Assembly: GCA_013265495.1 (NCBI GenBank)
Contig: MU059903.1
Span: forward strand, 62,001 to 126,000
Origin: Vicugna vicugna
Taxonomy: Eukaryota
Length of the DNA: 64,000 bases
Reading direction: 5' to 3'
Shown: in pieces, positions 46,251 to 58,250 of the stretch
Layout of the letters: each line of letters begins with the position of its first letter
Numbering within the stretch: the stretch's first letter is position 1
Program-made: the position numbers and the translations under genes
The notes under the pieces: generated by a model
Database searches by the model: none
The model's input: only the letters and a program-made list of their open reading frames with translations
Told to the model about the DNA's origin: nothing

Positions 46251-47755
46251 GGGTCCCGGTCCCGGGTTCTGCTAGAAGCACAATTTCCGGGCCACCACTC
46301 AAGGGAGCCTTTCCTTCCACACACGCAGAGCTGATGGGCGCGCCCACAGGGGCCACACCACCAGACAGGTCCGGACAGGCGCTAAGACACCTTCAGATAC
46401 CCCACAAAGAGAAGACACGGGCAAGGCGGACCTCCAGCCCCTCTCCCGAGGGCTCTGGGCACCGAGCACGAACTGTGCCAAGCACTTCTTGTGCTGCTGC
46501 TTCAAGTTTTAAAAAAGGCTTCTTCCTGGCAAGTGCCTGGAGCAGTTTCCTGGGCGCAGAAGGGGCAGAAAGGCTCCCCGCCCAGCAGGCACGGCGGTCT
46601 CCGGCCGGAGCTCCGCACCACACGCCTGCGAGCCTGGGCGCGGGCCTCCAGGCTGATTCAGCCCTTCCCAGGGGACAGGAGTCTGCCGGGTCTCAGAGCT
46701 GCCTTCCTCCAGCTTCCAGGCCAGCCGCCTCTGGACCCTCTTACAACCTGTACAACTGTCATTTCTCCCTGCACCTGGTGGCATCCAAGGAAAAGTCTGC
46801 GAGTCTGGGGTTGTCCGCGCGACAATACCGAAGAAAGTCACAAATTGTGACTCATCTACAAGGTGGCTTTGCAATGCCATTTCTTAGTATTCTCAGACAT
46901 CAGGCATGCAATGAAAAGCACCGTCCCCGTCGCCCGGGGGGCTGTGCGGGCGGCCGCTCTTCCTTCCCCGCTTGGGTCTTCCCCCGGGTGCGGGGCGGCC
47001 CCTGAGCTGCGGGCCTCAGCGACCGCACAGACCTGACAAGGAGTTTTCTTCTAGGGTTGGAGCCGTTTGTTTTCACTTGGCTTCGGTTTTTCTAAACTTA
47101 ACTGTGATTATCAATATACATTCTTGCCTTGCAGCTTCCACTGTAACTGCTCAACTACAGAGGCGCCAAGTAACAAAACCACCCGGTCAATAAGAGACCA
47201 GGACGGTCCCAGCTGTCCTGAGAAGGACTACTGCTGCACACACGTCACAGATCGCGCTGCGCCCACGAGCCCATTACGCCCAGAGGACGGCTCGCTGTGC
47301 TTCCCATGAAACAGATTCTGTTTCCGCACCTCACACCTCGCCGTCAGGGACACGCGTTACGCTGTAGCCCTGGGACGCCTTTCAGCAGACTCACACCTGG
47401 GCGCTGGGAGACGCGGGGACTCAGCAGGCCATGCTGGGAAACAAGGCGCAAAAGCTCTTCTCCACGTCTGGAGGCCCACTCGGTGCACGTGGTGGATTTG
47501 GGGAAGACGAACGTTGTGGAAGCAAACATCCCTCAGGCTGAGAGGTAGGAAGGGGTTGTGCTGGCCTGTCCCCAGACTCACTAAATCCACTGAGTCGTGT
47601 GTCATGACAGCTTGGTGATGGGTTTCTTTTCCTCAAGGTAGGTCTGACCGATTTGTAATGGGCAGACCCGCATTCCCACTCCCCAGTGCTCACACCCCTC
47701 CACATCCCCAACAGCACGCAGTAACGGGCACGCGCCCCAAGTCAAAACCGCTCAT

Positions 47756-48490
47756 GTGAGGGAACCCTCCAACACCGTTGGTGCGAATGCCGTTTGGTGC
47801 AGCCGTTCTGGAAAACAGTGTGGAGATTCCTCAAAAGACTAAAAACAGACTTACCACATGATCCAGCAGTCCCACCCCGGGCATGTATCCAGAGGAAGTC
47901 TTAATTCAAAAAACACCTGCACCCCAATGTTCACAGCAGCACTATTTACAGCAGCCGAGACATGGAAACAAGCTAAGTGTCCACTGACAGATGACTGGAT
48001 ATAGAAGTTGTGGTATATTTATAAAATAAAATACTACTCAGCCCTAAAAAAGAATAAGATAATGCCATTTGCAACAACATGGATGGACCTGGAGACTGTC
48101 ATTCTAAGTGAAGTAAGCCAGAAGGAGAAAGAAAAATATCATACAATATCACTCTTATGTGGAATAAAAAAAAAAAGACAAACAAATTTATTTACAAAAC
48201 AGAAACAGACTCACAGACATAGAAAACAAACCTGTGGTTATCAGGGGCGGAAGGGGGTGGGAAGAGATAAATTAGTTCAAGATTTGCAGATACTAACTAC
48301 TGTATATAAAATAAACAAGTTTATACTGTAAAGAGCAGGGAACTATATTTAATATCTTGAAGCAACTTATGGTGAAAAATATGAAAGCGAATATACGTAT
48401 GTTCATGTATGACTGAAACATTATGCTGTACACCAGAAATTGACACAACATTGTAAGCTGGCTGTATTTCAATAAAATATATATACACAG
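47756..48490 (+). mobile_element. 5'-truncated LINE-1 (camelid-like) with probable TSD
   Basis: ORF2 end YYSALKKNKIMPFATTWMDLETVILSEVSQKEKEKYHTISLLCGI plus 3'UTR. Flanks AAACCGCTCAT (47745-47755) and AAATTGCTCAT (48492-48502). Confidence 0.92.
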
Positions 48491-49121
48491 GAAATTGCTC
48501 ATTTGAGCTTTCACTGCACGAGCATGGGTCCCAGCCGTCTACGCGTGTCATCAGGAACAGAGCCCCCGCCTTCCTGGACCTCTCTGCCTTCGTCCCCAAC
48601 AGCAGCGAGCGGCCTTCTTCCCGGGACCGCCCCCGTGAGCAGTGCTGGTCAGCCGGGCTGCTGGCTCTGGCTGGGCTCGTTCACGAGGAGGGGGGCCTCC
48701 CTCCACTCTTTCCTTTGGGCCGTGTAAGGCTTGAGCTTCAAATCCATGCCTGAATAGTGTGCAAACGGGTCTCCACAACCATCGCTATGTATTCAGAACC
48801 CTCAAGGCACAAACTCGCCCAAGTCAAGTTTGCTGGTTCTTCCCTGGAGTCTCCAAAACCACGTGGGCCTCGGGCCAACCTTAACGACCCCGCAGCTTTG
48901 AGCCTGCCCGCCCCTCTTTCAGATGGTGCTTTTTATCCTCTTTTATTCTCTGCATCACCTAACACACTGAGTTACCCAGTGTCTCAGAAACAGAAACATC
49001 CTTAAAGCCTCCTTCCTTCACCAACTCCTGGTCCCCCCGAATCCCAGAGGACTGGAATGTGTGTTCACAACAAGGAAAACAGCGGAAGAACAAGAGCAGG
49101 ACGGTGCCAGAGACCGAGGCC

Positions 49122-49180
49122 GCAGGCAGGGCGTGCCGAGAGCGGGGACGCGCGGCAGGCAGGGCATGCCGTGAGCGGGG
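49122..49180. repeat. Tandem duplication, 33-bp period
   Basis: GCAGGCAGGGCGTGCCGAGAGCGGGG (49122-49147) and GCAGGCAGGGCATGCCGTGAGCGGGG (49155-49180). Confidence 0.85.
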
Positions 49181-49651
49181 TGCAGTGTTTTCAGAGAAAA
49201 CCATCTATCTTAAGAACTTTTTTTTCCTTAACACTGTCCCATTGTCCCTAATTCCAGCAGAGTTTAATCACCTTTGATGCTTTTGCCCAGAAAGATATTT
49301 ACAGGCATTCATCTCTGTCGCTCGTCTTTGAATAATCTGTCTTTGCACAATTAAGGGAAACGTTATCCAGCTCTTTAAATCTCTGCTCATAAACCATAAA
49401 TCACACAGTCCCACCACCCCTTAATCACCGCTCCCCCTCTCCTCTACAACGCCCCTACCTCCCGCCTCCTCCGACACCGACATGTTTCTTAGGAATTTAC
49501 AAAGACCTGGACCCAAGTGGCCACAGCTCACCGGGCTTCAAGGGGGCCATGATGGGAAGGGGAGTGTCACGCCCTCGATGGCCCCAAGCAGCCTCTCACC
49601 GGTGATGTGATGATTCTGTCTGCAGTTTTCAGCTGCCAGAGCCTTGAGATT

Positions 49652-49775
49652 TAGGGTTTCCAGAGTTAGCAGATAAAAACGTAGGCTGCCCAAGCACGAT
49701 GTGGGATGTATTTATAGTAAAAAGGGTATTCGTTGTTCATCTGAAGTTCAAATTTCAGTAGGAGCCCTGGACTTT
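49652..49775 (+). mobile_element. MER53-like hAT element, internally deleted
   Basis: AGGGTTTCCAGAGTTAGCAGATAAAAAC...GGGATGTATTTATAGTAAAAA...TATTCGTTGTTCATCTGAAGTTCAAATTT. Confidence 0.75.
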
Positions 49776-52699
49776 GTTCGCAGCCTTACGGACCCTACAC
49801 CTGCTGTGAGCTTTGGAGTGTTCTTTGGACGGGGCAGAGGACCCCACCCTCACACCTGCCCACTAGGGTCCTCCACGTACAGCGAGAGCTCCTGAAACAG
49901 CCGTGCATGAGAGCGGCCTGTCCAAGGGGTCGATGCCACTCGCAGACAGGTACCCACCGGGGCAGCTCCTTTCTACAGGTTTCTCAACTCCAGGGACTTA
50001 ATGATCACATTCACCAGCTGCATCCTCAGTTTTTCATGCTGCATCCTATATCCAAGATGCCTCTGTTGATAATGTCACTGTCCACACGGGCAAGCCAGAC
50101 GGAAAAGAAGGAACGCAGTTCACGTGGATGAGCATCTTCCGTGCATTAAGCACTGAGGTCGCATGCGGATAAAATGACCACCCCCTGAGCTCACAGTCTC
50201 CTCCATCTCGCCTGGTCTCGTCTGCAAGCAGGGTCCACTGCGCCTGGAACCCTGCTTGGCAGCCTCATGGGCTGCCCAGCCTCAAAATCAGGCAGGCATT
50301 CTACCTGCAATAACAGGACAGTCACCTGGTCTCTCGTGGTTGTTACACCCAAAACTTGGAGCTCCCCTGCCCTCCTCAATTTGTGTCCCCTCATACGCTT
50401 ACAATGGCTGGTCCGCTACGCGCTCTCCCTCGCAGTAAGACTCAGCAGAGTGACCAGCTTTGCAACGAGTGAAGTAAAAGGAGGCAGGATGGCAGTGGAA
50501 GAGATCGGGGCCGCCATGGGTCTCCAGGGCACTGGAAGGAGGGCTGAGTGCTCTCAACTTGGGTACAAAATGTCAGGATGCACCAGAAATGCCGATTAAG
50601 AATACGTTAACGCCATGCTTCAATAAATCAAAGTTGACATAAAATCCATAAGAAACAAAATATTAAAATTCAAATAAAAACGAAGTGGTACTACTGATTT
50701 TCCCTTTTCCCTCAAGCTCCGGTATGCCCTGGTACAGCACTGACGGAACAGCGCTGTGCTGACCCCAGAAGAGGTCGTGGTTCAGCTAAAATGGCACCAG
50801 GGAGAGAGGCCATCCGGGTGGCCACCCCAGGGACCAGCCAGACCAAGTCTCTGTGGGGAAGGATCTGTCTGGTCCTCCACTCTGCACGTCCACAAACCTG
50901 GTTTCATCCACCAGCCCTAAGGCGACCCCGTCTCACAGTGACAACAGGAGCCCCGGAGCCACGCATCTGTCATGAGTGCGTGGGGTCACCTGCAGAAGCT
51001 CGGGCATCCCTGTCCACCCTCTCCAAAGCTCCGTGACGGCTGAAGGTCACATCAGCAGTCAGAATTTGCTTGGGAACTGTGGGGTCTGCGTAGCGGAAGT
51101 GGGGCAGGCCTGGGCGCCCCCCGTCTCCCCCTTGGAGCCGGGCACACTGTCCTCTGTTCTCACGGACTTCTGTCGCCTTCTTATGGGGGTGACACCCGAT
51201 CCGTTAGGGAAGCTTCTTTTCCATTAGAACGAAACACAGCCCCCCTCTGCTTGGATCTTGCTCTAAAAAAACATTTTTATGCCTTCACTGAACCAGGAGC
51301 CACCTTGACTCCCTTAAAGCTCTGGGAAGACGTCACCTCACCAGCCACATCGTAAGCGGAGAGGCTGAATATACAAGCGGTCAGCTCAGAACTCGGACCC
51401 GCACCCTGCAGCAGCCGGTCCAAGAGGCCAACCTCTGGCAGACGGGGCCGGCCCAGGAGGCAGCCTCTGCCTGTAGGTCCGACTGTAGGTGGGGAGAGGA
51501 AGCAGCCTCTCCCCACTGGTCCGACGCGGAGGACGCAGGCCCTGGTCTCTGGTAACCGTCCAGGAAGGCAAACGTCGACGCCTGCAACGACTGCCCCACG
51601 CGGCCAGGGCTTCGTCGATCCCTCACGCTTCCCAAGCGGGGGTCCCTGCTTCCACCGCGGGACTGGCCACGGGACATCACACGTGCTCCCTTCAGCCCGC
51701 ATACGGGGTGCCCGCTCTAATGAACGGCCCCGGGCCCCCGGGCCAGGAGCCTCATCAGGACACCGAGCCCCTCTCCACCGGGCGCTCTCCCGCTGACCCC
51801 CCGCCCCGGGCCTCCCCAGACACAGCGCTGGAGCGGCTGCCCGCTACAGCAAGCCTGGAGCAGACTTCACCTGCTTTCGTCCGGTTGGTCTCCGTTTATT
51901 TCCACCAAGCCAGATTGGGGCGGGGGCCCCAGCAGGCTGCTGCCTGGCAGGCGGGGGCCTGGGGGGACGGGAGTTGGACGTCTGGTGAGAGCGCTGCCCC
52001 TGGGCCGGCAGCTCCGGGGAGAACGGGCCGCCACCAGCCCACTGCAGTGGCTCCACGGGGCATCCGGAGCTTCCCGACTTCCTCCCGGCTGATGAGGCTT
52101 TTCAGGGGTTTGGAGGCTCAGCAACGACAGGCCAACCCCGTGGCACTGGCCGACGAGACTCTTCGCCCCGCGTGGCAGACAGAGTCTGGACCGTGCCGTG
52201 CAGCACGCGACCGGCGCGAACACAGCCGTGATGCTTCAGATTGCCCTGGAGGACAGCAGGCAAACATGCAAATTCAGATCGCAGCACCTGGCCACCCTTC
52301 GGCGTAGGGAACGCCTTCGCGTTCAGCCCTGTTCACCTCGCACGGCCGTCTGACCCCCCACGCGGTAATGGAGCAGCTCCACCTCAGTCGGAGAAACCAG
52401 CGCCAGGGCCGAACAAACCTCAGAGAGGAGTGAAGCCAGCACCCTCCCCTCAGACAAGAAAGCCGACGCTCCACTGACACAAGGCGCCGGTGCTGCTCGG
52501 GGACCAGAGCCCCACCCACGCCAGCAGCCCGCGAGTTCACGCAAGGTGTTCGTTCGGCGCTGCCCACGGGTCTGTCTTCCTCTTGCCCCTGCTGCAGTTC
52601 TACCGGCAACCAGGAACTCTGCCCTGGGAGCAGCGGGGCTGCTGTAGCCCCCAGATCTCGAGTATCACACCTGGGTGTTCCCCCTTGTGCCCCGACACC

Positions 52700-52848
52700 C
52701 AAGGTGAGGCCCACCAGCCCGCGGCATCCGCGCCAGCATCGCCTGGGCGCTTGTCAAATGCTGAATCTTGGACTCATCTCAGACCCACTGACCCACTCTC
52801 TGCATATCAAGAAGATGCCCAGGAATTGCATGAGTTGGAGAAGTGCTG
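52700..52848 (+). mobile_element. MER5A hAT-Charlie element
   Basis: CCTGGGCGCTTGTCAAATGCTGAATCTTGG...CAGACCCACTGA...CTGCATATCAAGAAGATGCCCAGG...TTGGAGAAGTGCTG. Confidence 0.75.
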
Positions 52849-53656
52849 ATCCAGACGAGTCTTTTCTTCATTTCCTACCAGATCTTAGGAATTTAAACCA
52901 GTCTTTCAAACCTCTCAGCATTCAGAAGGTCAGAGAAGTCTTTGCAGCAGATGGAGACTGAGCGGTAACGATGCCACGGCGTCTCCAGTCAAGGAGCAGA
53001 CGTGGCCAAGCCCACCCGCGGTCACTCCGCGGGGGCGCAGCTCACCTGGTCAGTTCATCAGCACCCGGACATCTTCTCTCTCTCTGTGATGCTTGAAGAC
53101 ATCTTCACTGTGAAGGGCGGAAAAAATACAGAAACGTGCCAAGCAAGATTGAAACCCTAGTCCTGGCCCTGTCGCAGGCACATTCCTGCCCAGAGGCACA
53201 AAGGTGATTAATAATCTGGTGTTTTGGGAACATCTTCAGACACATTCATCTTGCTAGAAGCCCTGAGCCATGGCCTGGTGTCGATTCCGCAGGCAGCTAG
53301 GGAGAGGAGTCCATGAGGGCACAAAGCCCACGGTGGGCATGGTGGGGGGCCCCCTGGGACGGCGAATTTTCTGTGACACTGTGACTGGACCCAGGCTGCA
53401 TGGTATGTCTGTGAGTCCACTTTTTGGTGAGATGAGCATCTGAACTGGCGACTCAGTAAAGCCGATTGTCCTTCCAGTGTTGGGGCTGGGGTACCAGCCA
53501 ACCTGCTGAAGGCTGGAGGAAGAAGAACTTACCGCTCTTCCGCCTGACGACGGAGCTGACGTCGGTCTCTCCCATCCCTGGACAGGGAGCTACACCACCC
53601 GGTCTCCTGGGTTTGCGGCCTCTCAGCCTGCATGCTCCCGAGAGCCAGTTTCTCCT

Positions 53657-53798
53657 NNNNNNNNNNNNNNNNNNNNNNNNNNNNNNNNNNNNNNNNNNNN
53701 NNNNNNNNNNNNNNNNNNNNNNNNNNNNNNNNNNNNNNNNNNNNNNNNNNNNNNNNNNNNNNNNNNNNNNNNNNNNNNNNNNNNNNNNNNNNNNNNNN
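53657..53798. other. Assembly gap (142 N)
   Basis: Run of N in the sequence. Confidence 0.95.
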
Positions 53799-56700
53799 TC
53801 TACTGTTCTGTGCACACACTGGCTACAGAACTGCGTCATTTGCCTGCGTTAAGTGACTTTCTATCCTTCACTGAGCTCTGTCGACACTTTGAGTGCATCG
53901 CTTCTCCCCCTGGAAGGAGCAGCTGTGTCTCTCCCCAGCGGCAGCATCTCCCAGCACGTACATGCACGTAAACAGCTGGGCATCGTGTATAAGTTGTATT
54001 ACGGCACGCCTGCTTTCTTGAGGCTTGCTTTCCTTTTTGACTTCAAAATAAGCCTTAGCGCGTGAATCTGAGCTGCATTTTCCAGTTGTGGTCTTCCCAA
54101 TTCAAATACGTGTCTCTGACGCCTGAGAAGTGTTCTTTCATTGCTGGACCTTGAAACAACCGACAGGTGTGCGTCTTCCTCTGCTCCTGTTCACGCCAGA
54201 CGCTCACGAAGTCGCCACCCCTCCCAGCAGGCTGGGGCCAGCGGCGGGTGGCCGTGGGGAGGGGCGGGAGCATCGGCGTCGCCAGAGCTGCCTCTGCTCC
54301 GTCTGGCCGCGGACCTCCTGCGAGCGCTTGAGTCTTTAGAAGCGCCAGTTTCCCGTGCGTGGCAGGGCCCGCAGCGGCAGGAGAGTGACGCAGACGGTGG
54401 TTCGCCCCAGGTCAGAGCCAGCCGCACGCTCACAGTGTGCCCTGCCGCCGGGAAAGGTGGGCTCTCGCCCTGACGGCGCCTCCCGTCCTGCCTGAGAGCC
54501 CCGCTCGACCCCAGCCTCCGCAGCCCCGCTTCCGCCTGGTGTCGCCCGGATTTCAAATTATCGCTGAGAACTCATAACCCCTTCGTGGATACCTTCTCAG
54601 AGTCTGCCTTGTGCATTATTTCTACAGCTTGGGGTGTCTAGGTCCCTGGTTTACTCTGGCCTCAGCCAGGAGGTCAGAGGCCTCCACCCCAGGTCTTGCT
54701 TTCAGCAACGCCGTGGGGCTGGTCTCGTTCAGATGCACACCGGTGAGCCTGGGACGCTCTCAGAAAATCCAGGCATCCTGGGAACTGTGCTGAACTCCCA
54801 GCAGAGACCTGTGATGGTCAAGGTCAAGTGCACGAAGTGGCTCTTGGGTGGGTGCCAGGGACACAGGCAGCAGCCAGAGTGACCTGCCCTCAGCTTCGAC
54901 CAGCAGGCGGCGCCGCTCCGGGTCTGTCTGAGCACGTGTGTAGCTGGACGCCTGGAGGGGATTCCCCCCGCCCGCCCCCAGGTTTACTCTTCCATCCATC
55001 CACCTTGGGGTGCCCGCGCACGGCGGAGTCCTGCTGAGGGTCCCCCGAGCTCCCTCAGAGAGGGTGACCTGGAACGACCTGCAGTGTTTACCCTTCCCCC
55101 TCAGTGGACCCTGAACTCCAGCCCGACCCCCAGCCGCTCTGACACAGCAGCCTCTCAGGAGCCTCTGTCCACACAGCTCTGCATCTCTTGTGTGTCCTGG
55201 CGAAGATTCAGCAAATGCCTCACCATGAAAAACCACCCCAGCTCCTCATCCGTCCCTTCCTCAATTTATACCGTTCCTCCCGACCCCAATCTTCCTGATT
55301 CTAACAGTGCTTTTCCTTGTCTATTTCCAGCACCCCCACCTTTTTAAATCATGAAGCAAGAATATGAAGTGGCTGCTCCCCTCTACAGATTAGGATGCAC
55401 GGGTCCGGGCTAGTCTACTCCACATCGAGGTCTCCTCCTCCAAAAACAGAGGAGATCTCTAGGAGCAGGAAACGGCAGTAACAACCCACGAATCCCGGAG
55501 ACGAAACCCCATCGGCCACGAACACACGACTGTCTTTACAGAAGTGAGCCTCCTTCAGGACCCCCCCCCCCGCCCCCAGCTTGTCCTCCTGACGAAACCG
55601 CCACTTCCCAGCAGAGGCAGGAGGCGTGCACTCTCTTACCTGGCCGAGGACAAGTCGCTGGGGCGGGCGTACGTTGTCTGCAAGCCCTCGTCTGCGGAGC
55701 ACGTCTGGAGACCGAGTCCATCGCCTCCGCTCTCAGATGACTGCAATTTGTAATCCAAATCCGAAGGGACCCTGGGTGGTGTGCTGACCCTGGGTTAATT
55801 GTTCCTGGGTTGAGAGGTCGATAGGAAGGCGGCAAGGCTCAGCTGTGTGTGGTCACTGGGCTGTTAAGCACATTTTCCCTGTTCCCTCTGATTTTAGCAG
55901 GAATCACCCCGTCTTAAGAGCCACTGATAGTGCTCGGCCCTCTTCAGGGAGTGAGCTCAGAGGGGGCCTGCAGACATTCACCAGGTACAGGAGAAGGAAA
56001 CGTGGCTCTGTGAAGCGCTGGTGGGAGAAAGGGGAAGATGTGGCCGTGGTCGAAGCTGGGGGCAGCTGGTGGTGCCTTCCATTCCAGAACATTCCTGCAG
56101 GGCACCCAGCCTCCACGTCTTCACCACATCCTGTTTCCATCTCTTCTCGGATCGTCTGGGCACCGGGGAATTTCCCGACGAGCAGCAGTCCACAAGTTTT
56201 GATGACATCTGTTCCTTCAAACAACAGTGTCTCCATTTTGTGCAAACAGACACTCGATTCATGTCATGCAGTGAGTTCCAACCTGGTGGATACTTCGTTC
56301 CCTCCTGGCCGCTCTCCGTGGACAGTCAGCCCCAGAAATGTCAGAATGTCCGTGGCAGGTCCTGCCTTCCAAGGGCGTTGTCTGTCTGTCACTGGCAGCT
56401 TCCCCTGTGGAAGGTGCTCTGACAGAGACCTCAGGGCGCCCTGCATCTCCAGACGGCCCTGCCTCCACCCGGGCCGGGAGGCCTTCACGCCGCGTGCCCG
56501 CCTGCTTCCCCCACAGAGCCCGGCCCTCACAGCGTCCAGCGGAAGGCCTCCTCCACGTCTGTCCCCACGCCCGTCATTGGGTCTGCAGAAGACCGAGGTC
56601 ACACTGTGAGAGAATGACAAAACCTGCCTCTCGTAACCGCATAACTCAGTTATTTACAAGCACGTTGTCTTGTTCTAAAGGAAAACAATGGGCTTTCGCA

Positions 56701-57769
56701 GAGATGATTCCAGAGCCGGCGTTTCATCCTGGAAGAGGCCAGACTTGCCTTAGCCAACTAAACACTCGAGTTTCGTGAGCTCATTTTTGCTCCCTTGTGT
56801 TGCCGTCACGTGAACCATGACCACGGTCCCACAGTGACTTCCACGGGTCCTGAGATCGTGGACACATGTGAGCTCTTCAGGGAGGGCTGAGGGTGGCCCC
56901 TCTACTGGGCCGGGCAGTGCTTATACACGTGGACCAGGTGAGCCCTTTGATGTGGTTTCCCCTTTCACGGCTCTGTCTGAGCATCCTTCTTTGTCTCTGT
57001 AGTCCTTAAACAAAGGAGTGAGGGGAAAATAACAAAACAGCATGATGAAAAGGGGGGTGACTTGCTCTCGGGAGCTTCAGGGACACTGCCCATGTGGAGC
57101 CGGGTGCAGGGAGAGGCCTCCTGGGGGCTCGTGACAGCATGGTCGGGGAAAGAAGGCAGATTTTTGAGGGCGCAGAGCCCACTCAGGGCAGCCACCCCAC
57201 TCCGAAGCGGGCTGGGACCAGCACGCACTGGCACAGAGGACCAGATGCCGTGCAAGCTCTCAGGCCGACGTCAGGAAGCCCGGGGAGGAGCCAGACGTCC
57301 GGGCAGCACCTGGGTACCGATGAGGACCAAAGGGAGATGGGGAGGAGATGCTTTCATTTCTGGAAGATGGAGACCTGCTGGGGGCACCTGGCCCCTGGTG
57401 CCTCTGGGGGTGGCTGAGGGGTCACCAGCCCGGGACCACAAAGCTGGACGCTGCAATGCGGGCACTGAGGTCGAGGGCAGGGCCTGCGGAGTGAAGAGTG
57501 AAGATGCGGTCAGTGTCAGGCAGGCCAGCTCAGTTCCTTCTTTAAAGGGAGGCTAAGCTGGCCCCACCCAGAGCAGTGAGAGTGAGACCTGGACACCCTC
57601 CGTCTGGGCCTCGGGACACAAATGGACTGACGTCACTGAAGCTCTCAGAGCAGCCAAAGCTTCCGGTCAGACCTACAACAAAGACTGCAATGTCTGGGGC
57701 TGGGCTCTGCAGCGAGCGGAGGACAGTGCTCGGGCAACGCCGTGGAACTGTCTCTCAGACCAAGAGCTC

Positions 57770-58250
57770 AGGAAATGCGAGAAAAAAATATGGCAAAGTT
57801 ATCACTGCTTTCAAGAAGATCTGAGGTGACTACCCACCAACTACACCGCCAGGCAGTGGTCCAGAGCAGAGAGGACAACTACTAGGAGACACACTGAAGA
57901 AGGTGTCCTGTGCAGCAGAGCAACAAGAATGCTAAAATACGCGGAAACAATCTGCAAGGAAACTTTAAATCTCCTGAGGGCGTGGCGTGAGCCTGAACAA
58001 ATGAAAAGTATGCTGCTTTAAACAAGATGATGTCTAAATCACAGAGACACACATGCTAGGTTACTCTGTACAAGTAACGTGATTCCAATAAAAACACTAA
58101 AGGATTCTTTTTGTGGGGGTGGCGTGGGAGAAAACAAGGTAAGCTTATTGAGATGGAAAAATAAACACCTAAGATCAGCTAAGAATATTATTTTTTTTAA
58201 AGGAATAAGGATGGTAATTCCTGGCAGATATTCAAACATACCATAAAAAG
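57770..58250 (+). mobile_element. Ancient L1 ORF2 (RT and post-RT) remnant
   Basis: GAACAAATGAAAAGTATGCTG (NKWK..) and TGTACAAGTAACGTGATTCCAATAAAAACACTAAAGGATTCTTTT (about Y.FNAIPIKIP.GFF). Confidence 0.7.

Noticed and set aside
46232-47005. 257-aa plus-strand ORF with an ATG start
   Set aside because: ATG lies within a MIR; no recognisable domain or splice context
47308-47324. GAAACAGA-T-TCTGTTTC palindrome, and the 8-bp hairpin at 6051-6074
   Set aside because: Stems too short for pre-miRNA; inverted repeats of this size are expected by chance in 64 kb
51489-52307. 272-aa plus-strand ORF
   Set aside because: GTG start, Ala/Pro/Gly/Arg-rich, no homology recognised
55845-56609. 254-aa plus-strand ORF
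   Set aside because: GTG start, Ser/Pro-rich, with similarly long antisense ORFs; no coding signature recognised
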